A stretch of 63,972 nt of DNA, counting the filler, from Dicyema japonicum (taxonomy: Eukaryota; Animalia; Dicyemida), in the NCBI GenBank assembly GCA_011109175.1. It is 5 parts of 5 records of this genome, joined end to end, with 100 filler letters (N's around TTAATTAATTAA, not from the genome) between each part and the next. Parts side by side here need not be neighbours in the genome. Positions count along the whole stretch, not along the records: positions 34,678 to 61,096 come from RDEW01000024.1; 4 more parts are not named here. One strand, 5' to 3'. Shown here in pieces: positions 38,031 to 49,719 of this stretch; position 1 is the first letter of the stretch; each line of letters begins with the position of its first letter. The translations under genes were made by a program, and so were the position numbers. The notes under the pieces are model-generated. The model saw nothing but the letters and a program-made list of their open reading frames with translations, was not told the DNA's origin and did not search any database.

Positions 38031-39079
38031 ATAAAAACCCGTAGAGAAAATGAAAGTTATATTCTATTTTAGCAAGCGAGCAAAGCAGAAACAAATATTT
38101 GGCTGCTTATCAAGTAAAATCAATGGATTGAATGCATTGATTCAAAATAACATCACATAAACGCTTACTCTGAGATGTCAACAACCGCTCTCCCCCATAG
38201 TTAATAAATAATATTTTATTGTTAATAAATTTTTGAAATAAAAAAAAATTGAAATTTAATAAATATATGATTCGTCTTTATGCTTCTTATTATTTGGGGG
38301 TTTATGTAGTTATTTTATTTAATAACACGAATATTGGCCTTCTGGCTGAGGGTTCACGCCAATCAGGTCACCTGTGAGGCAACGATTCCTCCTGGCACGA
38401 CACAATGTTTCGTATTACCTGGAAGTGTATGTACAACTAATTTATTTAATAACCTCGGATATATCAGAAAGAGATTGAAATAGCTTCTAATTAAGGTATA
38501 TCNTTAATAACACGAATATTGGCCTTCTGGCTGAGGGTTCACGTCAATCAGGTCACCTGTGAGGCAACGATTCCTCCTGGCACGACACAATGTTTCGTAT
38601 TACCTGGAAGTGTATGTACAACTAATTTATTTAATAACCTCGGATATATCAGAAAGAGATTGAATTAGCTTCTAATTAAGGTATATCCATTTTTCACAGT
38701 CGAAATTAGAAGTGTCTTTCTTTTCCAAGCAACAGGTTTATTTAAATAGACCCAGTGGAGACTTTTTTAGTTTAATGAGAAGAGAGATTGATATTCCTTT
38801 GTTCGATGAAATCCAAAGACAGTGGATCGTTTAATATTAGTCAAGGAATGAGGACTGAGTATCAATAGGTGCTTTCTGATAAAGGAGAATTTTTGATTAT
38901 TGCATAACCAGTTTCTAAGTACAATGATGTTAATCTCTATTACATAACGTTACATAATATTTTCATATCTATACTATTAATAAAAACACGCACTTAAAAT
39001 CAAAACTCAGGTGCTAAACCACATGTCCGGTGAATATTACCCACCAACAATTTTCAATAGCTCATCACACAAAATATCG

Positions 39080-39900
39080 TGAAGGGCCTCAAATTTCTTG
39101 ACTAAAAAAATAGACACCATCGCAGCCAGATGATTTCCAATTAGGTGAACATTCAATTATGTTCTTGATAAAGTCAGGTGTTATATCCACTAGGGACTCT
39201 TCCACTCCAGTTGTACATTTTTCGACAACGTTGAAAGATTTCTGGATTTCAGCTTTTTCCCACACGGTTTCCCAAAAAGATAAACACTCATCTTTTCCCA
39301 CTTCACACACAGTATGCTGAGTATCACCGGTAAGACTTCGATAGAATCCCCTTCTGTTTAATTCGAACACATAATTCCTGAATGCTATCCTCGACTCATG
39401 AATTGAGTCTTTTTTCCAGTACTCTAATTTTGTTTGTAATTGCTGCAACTACTATGGTAAATTCTCCCTTTCGTGTTTTCTTATATCCATAAGATGCAAG
39501 TATATTCATCAGTCCTTCTTTATCCTCCTTACTCTTTTAGTCTTCAAAGTCACTAAAGAGACACAAATTTTTCTTAAGTACGGCTATTTCTATTCTGTAT
39601 TCACCTTCCATTTACTTGATGTTTGTAACTTCCACGGAGAACTTTGTTGAGATCCCTGGGTCGGCAGCCATATAATTTGCAATGGCTGAATTCAATGTTG
39701 TAAGCAGATCGGTTCTGACTAGACTGAAAAGGATTTTCCGGGCCGGAGCCCTCGCATCCCGTGCAATCAGCCGAACAATTCTGATTTGAATCTTCAACTT
39801 CACACACTATCCAAATACAGAAATTTTTGTTGGAGTATCAGGAGCAAATTACTTTGTGGAAACTTACAACTTCAACATTATTATTCTTAGGGATCCCTCT
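39080..39900 (-). mobile_element. R4/Dong-like retroelement, N-terminal/pre-RT fragment
   Basis: FELNRRGFYRSL...CLSFWETVWE...IKNIIECSPNWKSSGCDGVY. Confidence 0.7.
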
Positions 39901-40192
39901 TTTAAGCAATTTTTTGACATTTTTTAACCCCAGATGGTTCATGCAGCCCTGAACCCAAATGTCCTACTTCGGGTCGTATATTTTCTTCCATCAAATTTGT
40001 ATGAAGGGCAACAAGAATTGTTTCCGTACTTGAGAGAGCTACATACAATCAACCACTCCAGACACACACGTTTTTTTTATTATTAATATAAATAATGAAT
40101 CGCCGATTTCCATTAATGGTAGAACTGTGAATAATAATAAAATACTGAAATTATCGTGAATATAAATAATTTGTACAATCATGCCCATCCAG

Positions 40193-40518
40193 CCGGATGG
40201 AATGTGGTTAGGTGTCGGGCTAAATTGGCTCAGGTCACGGGTTCGATTCTCGCTGCTGTTCACCTAATAGAAGGTTCCACGAATCTACGATGCTAAAAGG
40301 ACTTGACGAGTGACGCCGTCATCAGTGGAGATTCACTACGAGACTGGATTGTCTAAATGGACGCACAACCTAGAAAAAGAAAACAAAAAGTGAAGAGCAT
40401 TCCTTAGTTCTCCCTCTACGATTAGTTATAATAACTGTTCTTTGCTTATAATAAAGTGTGTGTTCTGCCTGTGGGGAGCTATAACGGATATGGCTCCTCG
40501 GAAAATGCGAACATTATT
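40193..40518 (+). mobile_element. Full-length tRNA-derived SINE with 12-bp TSD
   Basis: ATGCCCATCCAG at 40181-40192 and 40519-40530. A-box-like TGGAATGTGG and B-box GGTTCGATTC; short ATT tail. Confidence 0.8.
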
Positions 40519-41028
40519 ATGCCCATCCAGAATGACAGTAAGTGTTAGTTTCTAACCACTGTGTCATGTGATCCAGAGTCCTCCGTGTTTACATCTTTGA
40601 CACCAACCCAATAACCAGATTACTACTATAATAAACAAAAAAGCCACCATAAACTGTAGCTCTCAGATTACGAAGAGCTGCTTCCAGATAGACAACAAGA
40701 GGATTGGTAATTGTGAGTCACCTTCTGAAGTGTCAATGTCCGTAGATTCTTTTCAGATTCACTTAAAATTTGATTTTCGCATTTGTAATTAAACATTATT
40801 CAAAAGCTATTAAACTTTTTGACACAATTTTTAAACATTTTGATAAAGTTACTAAACATTAAGGCAAAGTTATTAGACATTTTTTACAAATTTATTAAAT
40901 TTTATAGTAAAATTAAAAAACAAATCAGAAAACCATGTTAATTGTGTGAATTCAATTAAATTATTTTTTAATTTTATTTATTTAATCTAACACTTCTTTT
41001 TTTTTGATTTTAAAAATAGCCGCGTGGC

Positions 41029-41340
41029 GCCATGTGGTGTTTCGTGGCTAATTGATTGAAGTTTCTGCTTTGTTAATCTGTTCCTCCTCTCTCTTCCTAT
41101 TAGAGTGGCGCCATGTGATCCACCTGTCTAGGTGGCGCCCAGTGCCAGGCCGGCACGAAAAATGATCATTTGCTCTCCTTCACTCAACTGGAGGGGTTTC
41201 CACAACTGCAACTATGGACGTCTTTTACCCTTTATGTTGATTCCGGATGGACTCTGTTTTTGTAGAAGTGGAAACTGGATGCACTTAATTAGTTGTTTAC
41301 TTTAACATCTTTCTCGATGTATCCGGGGTTAATAAAAAAA
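41029..41340 (+). mobile_element. Repeat family A, copy 3
   Basis: Core at 41107-41168; ends GGGGTTAATAAAAAAA. Confidence 0.85.
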
Positions 41341-41989
41341 ATTATCATTAATTATGACGACTGTAATTCATGTAATAATTTTTACTTTTTGTAGTAATCG
41401 TATATTCATTGTTTTGGTATTTAATCTTATAGATGTTCACTTTTCTCGTGTTAAACTTGTTATTCGATATATTGACATCACAGAATATTAGCAAAAACGA
41501 ATTAACAGTGAGTATAATTCTTTATTAAATATAAATTATTAAGATATTGGATTAATTGTACATATTCGATAACTGGCCTACCTGAATTTTATGTAGGTTC
41601 ATTAATTGTAAAAAATTTTAAATTTGAACCTGATGTCAACTTTCCATTATTGGGAATGAAGTTAGATAGTTTGTATTAATTATTAATTATTCATAGTTGA
41701 ATGGGAACCCTTCTTTCAGTATGGTGAAAGTTTATTATTTGAAATGGATTTTCTTGGAAGATCTATTTGAAGGCGGATCGGCAGGTATTAGCGCGAATAT
41801 GGACAACAATTTATTTGGTTTCGCTATTGAAAGTTTTCAATCGACAAGGCAGCTGACCATCATTTCATCATTAGGCTTACAATGATAAGCCTGGGGTTAA
41901 CAATAATAATGCATGCATTCTTACACGTCAGATTTCGGGCATCAGCATAACTTGTGTTGTAGACGTTTCCTTGCCATTCTTCCTTTCCT

Positions 41990-42630
41990 CTTTATCAAGC
42001 AACATATTTCTTATTGGACTATTCTTCCAGATTTTTGCAAATTTACTTTAGACAAAAATACTGATGGGTTTAATTGCACCGTCAGGCTTGCATTCTGTCA
42101 GTCTCTTTCTCCCACAGCGGTCCTTGGCTGAACGCGTTTCCATCATCTTAGAAAGGTTCCTTTCTGGAATAGAACGCCCTCCTAAATATCATCAGTCTCG
42201 GGATCGACTTATGCCAACCTACTTCATACGCTGTGGATCTGTTGTGGAATGCAAAGGGCTTCACCCGCTCTTTTGCCGTCTCAGAAGTTTCCAGTTCCCG
42301 ATCATGTAGCCATCAACAGGTTAGTGAATCGCTCTCTTGAGTGGCTTGATTCCCATCATCTATGGAACTGCTGGGCCTGGACATATCCCGGACGGGGTAA
42401 CTCTCCTTCTCCAGAAGAAATACTTGATTTGGGATAGGGTCTGCATGGACACCTTTTACTAGTCGAGACTTATGGTTATGGGTTAAAACCTGGGGAGGCT
42501 GCTCGGACTTTCAAGAATTTCAGGATAAAAATTACACTAGTCAAAATAAAGGAACTGGAAATTGAGATTTTTATGAGCGCTGCTGGCTATTTCAGTGAAT
42601 TTGGCTTTCCATTTTGATGGGCAATAGCCA
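41990..42630 (+). mobile_element. CRE-clade 3' fragment, highly decayed
   Basis: HSGPWLNAFP, PGRGNS, LIWDRVCMDT and ERCWLFQ. Confidence 0.7.
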
Positions 42631-42990
42631 CGCAGTAAGGGTGCCCGCTGTATGACCTTTCTGTGTAGTTCAGCTGTATTATTTTGATCGTTATTTAGTA
42701 GTTTTTACATAAATTTTTACTCTCCCATTCAAGTCTTTCTAAAGACTTTTTAAACCGTATCTCATATTTAGGACAATTTTTTATGGCAACTAAAATCTCA
42801 AAAATTGCATTTCATGGCATCTAAAAATGAATTACATAACAATCGGATAATTTACATACGGACAAAATTAATTTATTATTATAAAACTAATTAAATAAAT
42901 TTTAACATTATATTTTAGAAAATCTTTTTCTCGAGAATTTATTCAGCTTTTTAATAGCTCACTCAATACTGCTGAAGTTGCGGTATATTT

Positions 42991-44119
42991 TGTCACATGG
43001 GCAACCTGTTTTTTACGTGTTTCCATGGTAACCAGAATATATTACATAATATGACTTTCTTGTAACTATTATACGAACATCCTTTAACAAACTCATTAAT
43101 TCTAAATAAAAAATTAATTCAAACTGTATTTATTAAATGGCTAACCTGCTTTCTTTTAATTTTAACAGCAAGCTTTAGTGATTTTTTATGTCTCGATTTA
43201 GGGGGTATATCAGAGATCTTGTCGAATATGAAAAAATTAAACAGATATTGTGTGGAATCGATTCTGAAAATGTAAGTACTCAAATGAAAGGGAGAATACG
43301 AGAAAATGCCTCACATTTTTCGAGGCCTCCTAGATCCAAAGTTTGTATACAAAATAATTTTTAGGGAATAGTAGAACGTTTCAATCAAACATTGGCAAGA
43401 TCAATATCTGAACTTATTGAATGGGTGTCTATTCTAGAATATTTAGTTTACTGCTACAATACGACAATGCATTCTTTTTAAATGAGACGACATTCAAACG
43501 GTATCGCGGAATTTTTGGAACAAATTCCTTACAAAAGATAGAATGCGAAGATGGTGCTACATTTAAATTTTGTAATTTTAGAATCAGTGATAAGAGTTAA
43601 TGACGTTTCAACTATTTGCGATCGTTCATCAAATTAATGGCGGTTTTTAATTTATAAATTACAATTTTGTAGAATCCTCTAATTTTGAGATAACACCAAT
43701 TGGGGGCGACGACCAATACTATCGACGGATGAATATACGAATGGGTGTACATTGTAGTAAGTACAATTATGCAATTGGAGATCAAGTTAAAATTTTTGTG
43801 TATTTAATTAATGTAGAATCACGAAAAATCATGGAACTAACCCAGCATTGATGCTTGAAAAGTTTGAATCCAAAAATTCTGATACTTGCGAAATAGTCTC
43901 TATCTTATCTAATTCACGTGTAGAAGTATCTTTCGAACGTATTTATTGGTTGAATTTTCTGATGGAAGAATAAGATCGGTCTTAATTTCAAGACTTATAA
44001 AATAATTTTTTTTATTATATTAAATAAATTTTTTGTTAAATTTAGCAATTGCTAGCTTGTTACCATGGAAACACGTAAAAAAACAGGTTGCCCATAGGCA
44101 TTAAGCAACCCATGTGACA
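42991..44119 (+). mobile_element. Ginger/TDD-like non-autonomous DNA transposon: TGT...ACA TIRs, 5-bp TSD, internally deleted integrase with a 24-nt intron
   Basis: Left TIR 42991-43032 matches the reverse complement at 44059-44119. TATTT at 42986-42990 and 44120-44124. ORF from ATG 43188: YEKIKQIL.G...KGRIRENASHF|SRPPRSK^GIVERFNQTLARSI...YCYNTTMHS, with the intron at 43341-43364. Confidence 0.88.
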
Positions 44120-44699
44120 TATTTAGTTAAACGTTAATAAAGATAATTTTTAACTACAAAAACTTAACAACTACTAAACTTTCTTTCAGTCAAACTGCCC
44201 TCTCTGGAATTGAAAACTGGTTTACTATGACGATTTGTAAGGAAATTCGCTCAATAAGCCGACTCATTTCTCCAATATCTTCTTTATTCCTTGCACTAGA
44301 CAATCCGATACGGTCAGCAGGGTAAATGATCTGCCTCTAAGATAAACTAACATATTATTCAAAAAGTGGCTCCAGCACGGGAAAGTTAATCAGACACCTT
44401 TATGATATTAAGCACACATGTGTCAAACGTAATCATTGCTAAGGCAAGAAAGTTGAACTTTGTAAATGTGCTCGTCTCAAAATTTAAAAAATCCTTAAAT
44501 CGGTCACTATCCACGTTGTACACCCAATTCATCGAGTCGGAATTAGCTGATACATTTTCCTTTTAATTAGTTTACCTTAGTTATTCACTTCAGATTCTAC
44601 ATTTATGTAAATTTATTAGGGAAGTCATAAATGCTAGTTTGCAGTAAAATTCCAAGAAAGTAATAAATTATATAAATACTTAATTTCAGTAAAACTCAA

Positions 44700-45556
44700 A
44701 TGTTCTGGTTTTTAGTGATTGTGTTAGGAATAATAGAGATTTGTATTACATGTTATAATTATAGCATTACAACAATACACACCATACCCTATGAGAGTGA
44801 AATTTGATAATTTCCCAGTAATTTAATTATTAACTATTAGAGAGACGAGATAGATTTTGTCATATCGGTCAATATGTGTCATTAATGTTCAGGCTTTAAA
44901 AAAAGTTATGACTATACCCGAAGAGAATATTAATCCTGAACTTACCATAACAATAAGGTAATACAACAATTAACTCTTTTAGTCGTGGTCAAGAAAATTG
45001 TGATTACAAAGATAGTATTTTAACGGTAACAGTGCTACCAGAAGCTGAAGTATAGATAATTTATATTAATAGATCTTGACTGGAAAAATATTAAAATGTC
45101 TGTTAAAAAATTTTTTGAGAGAAGAAATAGGAGACGTTCAAGCTCGAAAATATGATATACTACATGACGAAAGTGGATGGTTAATAATGTAATATTATTT
45201 TAGCGCAAGAATATTATCCGATGAACAAGTTTTAGTTCTTCAAGGGATATACAAAGCAGATTTTTTGAAAAGAGTTGGAGGTTAATAAATTATTTATATT
45301 AGAACAACCTACTGTTACAACCACCAGTACTACCACTACTCCTATTCCCTCTGATGATGATGACATGGACACAAGTAATCAAGATGAGATCCATGAAGAT
45401 TCTGAACAATTAACCACCANGATCCATAAAGATTCTGAACAATTAACCACCAAAGATCGCAGTAAAATCGGAAAAAATTGTATTATTATAATATATTTAG
45501 CATTCAATATTATTCATTTCCTGAATGCTCTAATTATTATTGGAGTTATCATTTAA
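44700..45556 (+). CDS. Secreted, probably GPI-anchored surface protein (about 227 aa as assembled) with 7 tiny introns
   Basis: Removing GT-AG introns 44743-44764, 44818-44853, 44958-44982, 45050-45072, 45180-45203, 45281-45302 and 45480-45500 gives one open frame. It has a signal peptide MFWFLVIVLGIIEI, a Thr-rich/acidic stalk and a hydrophobic C-terminus IIHFLNALIIIGVII*. Confidence 0.8.
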
Positions 45557-46243
45557 TTAGATTATTAATAATTTGATTGGGTTGGGTTCTCTACATAAAA
45601 AATTTATTAAAATAATTTTTGACTAAAACTAACAGTTAACAATTATTGGATGCTCTGGTAATTGAGAACGCATTTCCTCGATGATTTGCATGGTAATGTG
45701 CTCAATGGGTCAGCTTTTTTCTCTTCAATCCTTTTTTTTCTTGATATGTTTATTAGGGTCAGAGACCTGTTTCTTATGATTCCTGCCATCTCACGGTGAC
45801 TGGTTAAAAATGAACTGTCTATCGATACATTCGAAATTCTTCATCTTTAGGGAATCTGTCTTTTCCGAGGCTGAGTCTGTATTAGATGTCCAAATATGAT
45901 ATCCGAGATATTCAAACAAGTGGCGTTTCAGCCGAGGTATCTACCATTTTCCCATGGGAAGAGATTTGTTTCTTCAGACTTTTTGTGGTTGAGGGAAGTC
46001 CGATAGGCTCCAACTTGACACGAAATCCGACCGCTTCTACTCCTCCAGCAATTGATCACACAAACATCTATTTCGAGGCGGACGAAACCAAAATTCTTTT
46101 GCTTCGTCATCAATAGTGTCCCAAGTGATGTGCATGTGAATAATGTGAGGCATGCAAAACTTCAGTTCGTCGATGTAGAAGTCAGACATGACAGATTATG
46201 TCTCATCAATGGTCTTTGAGCATTAAAGTTTGTCCCAGTCTCG

Positions 46244-46813
46244 TTGTTTATTAGAGTTTTTACTGGAATCCCACACCTAGACGCATCCAGCATTCCTAAG
46301 CCACCCATGTCACTGGTTCAAAGACCATTTCGCAAGGCTGTAATTAATCATCACCTCGTTTTGATTTCCAAAAATATTTTGGTTACTCCTGATGTCATAT
46401 TTCACAGACCAGTCAATAAGAGAGGCCATGAGATTTCCATAGAAGAGGGTTTATCGTTATGTCGAGTGAGTGTTCTTCGTTGGAAAGCCGTATTGTTGAG
46501 TATGTAGAGACTTTGAAGGTCCTCAATTATTATCTTCCACTTTTTGTCATAAGTTTTTACTGTCAACCACAATGAGTGGATCGTTTTGATGTAACCACAG
46601 ATAATCACATCCTTCAATGACGTGACAGGAGTGAATCTGGGACCAAGTGAAAAGTAGGAACTTACAGATGGTAGATATTCGTTGAGAAATATTATTGAAG
46701 TCTAAAGAATTGGACTTTGTTATTCACTAGTTCGAGATTTTCATAGTCGTTGAGCATACTGTAGACATTGTCGATAAATCCTACAACGGAATTCCGTTAT
46801 ATGATAATACCCC
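46244..46813 (-). mobile_element. Vingi-like LINE APE fragment
   Basis: KDVIICG...HSLWLT..TYDK...IIEDLQSL...RRTLTRHNDKPSS, homologous to 7730-7920. Confidence 0.8.
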
Positions 46814-46814
46814 N

Positions 46815-47110
46815 TAAATGGCTCAAATTTTCTGCTTGCTTGTCTGTCCCTCCTCTCTCTTCCTAATAGAGTGGCGTCATGTGATCCACCTGTCTAGGTG
46901 ACGCCCAGTGCCAGGCCGGCATGAAAAAGGATCATTTGCTCTTCCCCACTCCACTGGAGGGGTTTCCACAACTGCATGTAATGGACGTCTTACCCTTTAT
47001 GCTGATTCCGGATGGACTCTGTTTCTGTAGAAGTGGAAACTGGATACACTTAATTAGTTGGTTACTTTAATATCTTTCTCAGTGTATCCGCGGTTAATAA
47101 ATAAATAAAT
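46815..47110 (+). mobile_element. Repeat family A, copy 4
   Basis: Core at 46873-46934; (TAAA)n tail. Confidence 0.85.
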
Positions 47111-47430
47111 ACTGTAGACATTGTCGATATATCCTATAACGGGATTCCGTTACTAGGATAATACCCCCACCAAGTTTTCCAGGTCTGTCACGAAGAATAA
47201 CTATAAATCTCGGGAATCTTGGTGTTACATTTTTGGGTGAAAGTTTGAATTCTTGAATTAACAACATGTCGATGATATGTTCTTTCAAATATGTCATGAG
47301 TTCAAGTATCTTGTGATTTATTCCATTTAATTTGAGTTGAACTATTTTGGCGGGTCCGGGGTTTGCATCAACATCTTCACAACGGCAAATGCCTTCCTTG
47401 CTGGGAGAAAGGAGACATCTCTGAAATTCT
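47105..47430 (-). mobile_element. Vingi-like LINE 5' fragment with a degenerate 2A motif
   Basis: KEGICRCEDVDANPGP-AKIVQL...LLIQEFKLSPKN. Confidence 0.82.
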
Positions 47431-47649
47431 GAAGAATTAACAACCAAAAATAAAAGAACCGAGGTTTTCCGAAAATAAGTCTTTCCAAAACTAAGTCCAT
47501 GCCAAAAAAGTAATGCCAAAAAATAATCAGCATTCCTTGTGTCTTCGATAGGTCTACTATCTTGTTGGACAACATGTGTCTACTTGTCAGGTGATGTCTT
47601 TTACATAAATTGAAAATCCATTTATCAAAAATTTAAACTCACTAATTTT

Positions 47650-47960
47650 TAAATGTCATTTAATGAGCATACAATTTCGTTTAATCATCTGCAGCTCATT
47701 ATTGTTTTGTGGATAATTTTTTCAATTTATCCACTCAAACAGTTTTTTTCAATTTCAGGAAAAAAACGCTTTTTTTCCATAGTTCATAATTTAACTAAAA
47801 CGGTTTGTTATGATGAATTTGACAAATTTGTGTTACTTTTTTGGCAGCTTCTTAGACACGTACGGTCTATACCAAGTTGTATAGATGTTTTTGCAACGTT
47901 TCCACTGCAGTCTGAAGATTTTTTTAATGCAAAAAGTTTTTCTTTGGTTGTATAAGACAT
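47650..47960 (-). mobile_element. pogo/Tigger-like transposase N-terminal HTH fragment
   Basis: MSYTTKEKLFALKKS...GNVAKTSIQLGIDRTCLRSC.K, then RFFPEIEK (CENP-B-like HTH pattern). Confidence 0.5.
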
Positions 47961-49269
47961 CCTTCTCTACTATTCAACAGTTTGTAACTTAGAGGTTCGT
48001 TCACTCGATGTGTTCATGTTATATTAATTAAATTAAAATTATTCCAAAGACGAAGGGTAACTAAACTAACTAACTTCTTGATCCTGACTCGTTCCAGCTT
48101 TCCAGAACTTGTCTCAAGGGAACTAAATTGTCTCCGAGGGCGGAATAGTTGGATCCTCTTGATGCCGGATAGGCATTTGGCGTCTCCTCAGTAAGGTGTA
48201 TCCAATAACTCCATTGGACGGAAGGAAAATAATTCTTGACCAATTAGCAACATAGCAGCCTTAATATCTTAATTAAATTAATTTATGCAATTTAATTAAA
48301 AAAAACGTGCCAATTTTTTCCGAAAATATGCGGAAGGGTTGATTATCGGAAAACCCAGGTAATATTGGAATAAATTTATGCACATCGCAATAAGAAAGTT
48401 AATCCATTGACCTCGCTTGTTCCGCACCCCGGATAATCTTTGCAGTCNAACTTGTCTCAAGGGAACTAAATTGTCCCCGAGGGAGGAATAGTTGGATCCT
48501 CTTGATGCCGGATAGGCATTTGGCGTCTCCTCAGTAAGGTGTATCCAATGACTCCATAGGACGGAAGGAAAATAATTCTTGACCAATTAGCAACATAGCA
48601 GCCTTAATATCTTAATTAAATTAATTTATGCAATTTAATTAAAAAAAACGTGCAAATTTTTTCCGAAAATATGCGGAAGGGTTGATTATCGGAAAACCCA
48701 GGTAATATTGGAATAAATTTATGCACATCGCAATAAGAAAGTTAATCCATTGCCCTCGCATGTTCCGCACCCCGGATTATCTTTGCAGTCAGACGTCTCC
48801 ACGCTCCTTTTGAGATTGGGATTATTCAGAGGTCCTCTAAGTCATCAGTATTTTCCAGTCGCATTTTGACATTTTAGGTCAATGTTTATGGTCAGTGGAA
48901 GTCTTCCCCGAACTGGGCGATTGCTTAGATCAGCTGATGCCATTTGATGGAGCAGCACGACCCATTCTCAAGAAATGTCCAAATAGTCCCCATCGAGTGT
49001 TCATGAAATAAATTGTATTATAATGAATAGATCAGGTTTCATTTTACGGAAAAGACATTAAATAAATAATTAATCGCATCAAGAAATTTTTACTTTTAGA
49101 AAAGTTGTTGAGTTGAAACCAATCCGTTTCCCCCTCATCCACGTTACCTGGAACGTCATTGAACTGATTTTTTGATTGGTTGATGAACCAAATCTTCGTC
49201 GATAGTGCGCACCCCCTTATTTATACTCTAACAATATGCTCTCCAGCGTATTCATAAGGACAACGGATT

Positions 49270-49410
49270 GAATGTATGTAGTTTTAGCTCTCTAGCAATT
49301 AAATCGTACTTTTTCAACTTTTCTACTTCAGTGTGATTCAATAATCTTTTGAGAAGTAATTCCTATTCCAATAATTACAATTTTATTCTTCACGTGCAAG
49401 TGCAGGATTT
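49270..49410 (-). mobile_element. R4/Dong-like RLE fragment
   Basis: NKIVII.IGITSQ...EVEKLKKYDLIAREL. Confidence 0.7.
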
Positions 49411-49719
49411 AATTCCAAAAAGTTACTGAGTCATCAATTGGAGTCTCTTATGGAAATGCATGAGTTCTGGTAAAATTTGACCATTTTTTTTTAAAAATAA
49501 GTGATTATTTCGGTTGATTTTATAATGATCTAAGATGATTGGATGATATACCACAATTCGGGAGACGCTCTGTGCTTAATCGAACTTTAAATAGGATCCC
49601 TTTTTTCTCTACACCTGGAGGTTCACACAACGGTGGATTTGAATCCGTGTTATGCTCGGAAGGATGTGTTCACTCCTACTGTGAAAACCAGACATGTCTT
49701 AAAGAAGTTGGATCTCTCT

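Noticed and set aside
772-40260. Genuine tRNA genes at 772-835 or 40193-40262
   Set aside because: The acceptor and anticodon stems do not pair properly, and both continue into a shared SINE body; one has a TSD.
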